Below are positions 60,945-64,000 of a DNA stretch of 64,000 nucleotides, in pieces. Position numbers and translations under genes: made by a program. The stretch comes from Anaerolineae bacterium. Its GTDB lineage: Bacteria; Chloroflexota; Anaerolineae; JACIWR01. How positions within the stretch are numbered: the first letter of the stretch is position 1; each line of letters starts with the position of its first letter. A model generated the notes under the pieces. The model was not told the DNA's origin. It ran no database searches and worked only from the letters and a program-made list of their open reading frames with translations. Location of the stretch: assembly GCA_024653325.1 (NCBI GenBank), contig JANLFX010000005.1, positions 1 to 64,000 of the forward strand. The letters are read 5' to 3'.

Positions 60945-62285
60945 TCACTTCCTATGCTTTGAAGCTCTGATCACGAATACCCCTCCGGCCAGAACCAATG
61001 CGACCAGTCCCACAGTCGCCGGGACCGCCATGATCGGGCAGGCCCCTGCCACCGAGTCCGGTGACGAATTGGTCACCGTCGGGAGCGGGGTAGCCACAGG
61101 TGAAGCAGGCGTGGGCAAGGGGGTATGTGTCGCTGTCGTAGTGGCAGTCGCCGTGGGCGTCGGAGTAGCGGTCGGTGAAGGGGTGAACGTGGCTGTTGAA
61201 GTGGCCGTCGGCGACGGGGTAACGGTGGGTGAAGGGGTGAGCGTGGCCGTAGATGGGAGAGTAGCAGTGGGCGTTGCCACAGGCGTCGGAGTTGGGTTAA
61301 TCTCCTCAGAAGCAATAGCAGATTTGTAACGAGCCGACTCCTGGGCGGTGATGTCCAGGTATAAATTGCCGTAGCTGACGCTGGGTTCAATCATCGTCCC
61401 CTCTACCCATTCGTTGAAGCTGGTGATGATAACCAGGTCGGGTGAGCTGGTAATGGCGGCCTGCCAGGTCTGGCGATAATATTCCCCGTTCCGCCGGTCG
61501 TAGCGATAGGTATGTGCCCGACCGGGAGCTTTGGTATCGTCGTAGCCGGGCATTACCGTAGCCACCCACAGTTTGCGCGTGGCGTGGGTGGCGTTGTACT
61601 CGCGAACGCGCTCGCCCCAACGCGATAGAGTATAACTTACGTCCGATGGTGGATCCCAGGTGATGTTATACAGGTGCAGTCCGTCGAACACTGCCAGATA
61701 ATCCAGGTCCACCCCCTCGGCAATCCACAAACTATTGTGACCAGGATCCACCTTAGCGCGGATGGCCTGCCATGTCTCCACGGAAAAGCGCCCTTGCCGC
61801 CAGAAAAAGATCAGGGGCTTGCCCCCGTAGCGCAAGAAGGCTGGGTGTTGAGCGTGGACGGTCAATACGTGCCGCAGCGCTGCGCTGACGTCACCGGCGC
61901 CGTGCAGAAAGGGCGAGGCCCCCAGGTCAACGTCTACGGTTGCCCGCAGGCCCTTGGCCTGAGCCACGTCCAGCAGGGTGCGAAAATTGGTCTCGGTTTG
62001 ATTGTTCTCCTCCTGAGGGCCATACCAGGAAACGACGAAAGCGTCAATCCCCGCCGCTCGCGCCTGATCCACGTGGCGTTCGATGGTCTCCCGATCACGG
62101 GAGTTGTAGCTTATAATGGGCAAATCGGGGACTTTATCCGTCGTCCACTGGCCAGTGTCGTACCAGGTGTAATAGAAGGCCAGCACCAATCGCTGATCCT
62201 GCGCCGAGGCCGGTCGTACAACGATCAGAGACGATAAGATTACCGCCAGACAGCGGGCTATCAGGTTGCGTCTAAGATGCATCAA
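60945..62285 (-). CDS. Secreted TIM-barrel glycoside hydrolase-like protein (GH99/GH71-like guess) with Pro/Thr linker and C-terminal TM anchor
   Basis: Signal peptide. 'LVLAFYYTWYDTGQW...DAFVVSWYGP' pattern. PT-rich linker and C-terminal hydrophobic tail 'LVALVLAGGVFVI'. The family assignment is tentative. Confidence 0.4.
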   Translation of the reverse strand: MMHLRRNLIARCLAVILSSLIVVRPASAQDQRLVLAFYYTWYDTGQWTTDKVPDLPIISYNSRDRETIERHVDQARAAGIDAFVVSWYGPQEENNQTETNFRTLLDVAQAKGLRATVDVDLGASPFLHGAGDVSAALRHVLTVHAQHPAFLRYGGKPLIFFWRQGRFSVETWQAIRAKVDPGHNSLWIAEGVDLDYLAVFDGLHLYNITWDPPSDVSYTLSRWGERVREYNATHATRKLWVATVMPGYDDTKAPGRAHTYRYDRRNGEYYRQTWQAAITSSPDLVIITSFNEWVEGTMIEPSVSYGNLYLDITAQESARYKSAIASEEINPTPTPVATPTATLPSTATLTPSPTVTPSPTATSTATFTPSPTATPTPTATATTTATHTPLPTPASPVATPLPTVTNSSPDSVAGACPIMAVPATVGLVALVLAGGVFVIRASKHRK

Positions 62286-62408
62286 AGCCTCCGTTCTCGT
62301 TGTTGGTTGCTGGTTCCGATAGCTCGCTAACTCATAGCCTCAATCGGAGTAAGCTGTGGTATAATAGAAAGCAAAAGTGCCGTCCCTCACCAAGAAACGA
62401 AGGGAGAA

Positions 62409-63056
62409 ATGCAGATGGATGAAAAAAGAATACCCACCTTGATCCTGCGCATCTTGTTTAACCTGGTAGATGAGATGATGGGGCATCACAGCCTGGTCAT
62501 GCTTCTCCGACAGGCTGGATTAGAGCAATATAACAATGCCCTACCCCCCCTCGACGAATCTCCGTCTATTACTGTTCCAGAATACTCTTGCCTCCTGGCC
62601 CACATCTACGAGATATTCGGCGCCCGAGGAGCAAAACCCTTGTTTCTGCGGGGCGGGAGAATAGCGGCCGCCGAGTTGCGCAAGCACCATCCCACCCGGT
62701 TTGCCGTAGCCGGCACGGCCCTCAAACTCCTGCCTACTACCAAACGGATGCAGATTGTTCTGGAGCAATTGTGCAAGGAGGGCGAGGAAATCTATGGCAC
62801 CCCCCATCACCTGGAAGAAAAGGATAGCTATTTTGACCTCGTTATGACCTCGTGTCCTTATTGTGCTGAAATTATGAGGCAGGCCGTGGCTACAGGAAGG
62901 CCAGTGATCCGGCCTGTATGCCACATCCCCGTGGCGGTCGTTGATGAGATGATGCAATGGGCTACCGGCGAACCCCATGCCGTAGAGGAAGTGGAATGTA
63001 TAGCCCTTGGCGCGGAAGCCTGCCGCTTCCGGGTGAGCAAACAAGCTGCTCCCTGA
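62409..63056 (+). CDS. Hypothetical Cys-rich protein, possible V4R (4-vinyl reductase-like) domain
   Basis: C-terminal 'CPYCAE...CHIP...CIALGAEAC' cysteine pattern is reminiscent of V4R. Weak. Confidence 0.3.
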   Translation: MQMDEKRIPTLILRILFNLVDEMMGHHSLVMLLRQAGLEQYNNALPPLDESPSITVPEYSCLLAHIYEIFGARGAKPLFLRGGRIAAAELRKHHPTRFAVAGTALKLLPTTKRMQIVLEQLCKEGEEIYGTPHHLEEKDSYFDLVMTSCPYCAEIMRQAVATGRPVIRPVCHIPVAVVDEMMQWATGEPHAVEEVECIALGAEACRFRVSKQAAP

Positions 63057-63062
63057 AACGTC

Positions 63063-64000
63063 TCACCATACCCGGCACACCAACCCTTTGAGGTATTGGG
63101 ATTCCGGAAATGATAACAATGCCGGGTGATCCACACCCTGGGACAGGCGCTCAATGATTTGCACGTCTCGTCCCGCGTCCACACTGGCCCCAAAGACAAT
63201 CTTCTGGAACAGGTCAGCGCTGATCGCTCCGGAGCAGGAGAAAGTGACAAGCGCGCCCCCTGGTCGCACAAGCTGTAAGGCCAGCAGATTGATGTCCTTG
63301 TAACCACGGGCGGCCCGTTCCACCTGGGACTGAGTGTGAGCGAATTTGGGCGGATCAAGAATGACCACATCAAAGGAGCGCCCCTGGTCACGATAGTAGC
63401 GCAGTATCTGGAACACGTCACCCTGAACGAATTCGTCGTCGCGGGCGGCAAAGCCGTTAAGGGCCATGTTCCGCTTCGCCAGGTCCAGCGCCTCGGCAGA
63501 GCTATCTATGTTGGTAATGTGCTCTGCACCGGCGGCAGCGGCGTACACGGCGAACCCGCCGGTGTAAGCAAAAGCGTTGAGCACAGTATGGCCCGGACAA
63601 TAAACCTGTACACGGCGCCGGTTCTCCCGCTGGTCAAGATAAAAGCCTGTCTTCTGACCCCGCTTGATGTCTACCCAGAAGTGGAGCCCGTTTTCCGTGA
63701 TTTGCAACAGGTCAGGAGGCTCCTCACCCCACAGACAACCTTCCTGGGAAAGCAGGCCCTCTTTGGCTCGCATCTCCTCATCGCAGCGCTCGTAGATCCC
63801 GCGGGGCTGGACCAGTTCCGCCAGGAGGGACACAATCTCTCGTTTGCGGACGTCCATCCCCAGGGTGAGGAACTGCACAACAAGAATATCGTCGTAGCGG
63901 TCCACGACCAGGCCGGGTAGCAGGTCCGCCTCAGCGTTGACTAGACGATAGGCGGTAGTCCCCGGATCGTCGGTCAGTACTTTGCGTGCGGCGATGGCCC
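63063..64000 (-). CDS. rlmI: 23S rRNA m5C methyltransferase RlmI/RlmK-like, class I SAM MTase (5' end of the gene lies beyond the window edge)
   Basis: 'DLLPGLVVDRYDDILVVQ' (PUA-linker), 'NAFAYTGGFAVYAA' SAM motif and 'VVILDPPKFA'. The reading frame stays open to position 64000. Confidence 0.65.
   Translation of the reverse strand, partial: AIAARKVLTDDPGTTAYRLVNAEADLLPGLVVDRYDDILVVQFLTLGMDVRKREIVSLLAELVQPRGIYERCDEEMRAKEGLLSQEGCLWGEEPPDLLQITENGLHFWVDIKRGQKTGFYLDQRENRRRVQVYCPGHTVLNAFAYTGGFAVYAAAAGAEHITNIDSSAEALDLAKRNMALNGFAARDDEFVQGDVFQILRYYRDQGRSFDVVILDPPKFAHTQSQVERAARGYKDINLLALQLVRPGGALVTFSCSGAISADLFQKIVFGASVDAGRDVQIIERLSQGVDHPALLSFPESQYLKGLVCRVW

Overview
This 64 kb window looks like a high-GC (roughly 60%) bacterial chromosome segment. 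The many Pro/Thr-rich linkers in secreted proteins and the overall gene content suggest Chloroflexota-like, but that is a guess from sequence style only. Coding density is high on both strands. Housekeeping genes I recognise include galT, a 3-methyladenine glycosylase, psuG, ybaK, plsC, rsfS, dnaG-rpoD, fmt and a partial rlmI. Also present are a GT39/PMT-like glycosyltransferase, a Hanks Ser/Thr kinase, a GGDEF cyclase, an SNF2 helicase with a SWIM protein, a MoxR/DUF58/DUF4129 triad, and a ROK-regulated sugar/polyol uptake and catabolism cluster. That cluster has an ABC transporter with two ATPase genes, three Gfo/Idh/MocA dehydrogenases, an isomerase, a ROK kinase and an unexpected MttB-family/UroD-family methyltransferase pair. 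An anaerobic CO dehydrogenase operon (cooF-cooS) sits next to a NuoE/NuoF/HoxU-like NAD(P)-linked module with no hydrogenase gene. The most unusual locus is a lower-GC, translationally coupled pair of P-loop NTPase genes (9484-13156, minus strand) with its own consensus promoter. One has an N-terminal membrane anchor. The other carries a C-terminal TIR/nucleoside-deoxyribosyltransferase-like (SLOG) domain with the conserved catalytic Glu, consistent with an effector. I read this as a candidate undescribed defence or abortive-infection system. The window also holds at least four families of dispersed extragenic repeats: three palindromic REP-like hairpin families sitting at gene ends, and a ~170 bp element present twice in inverted orientation 48.6 kb apart. 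No rRNA, tRNA or CRISPR array was found. All functional calls are from motif recognition by eye; no database searches were run.
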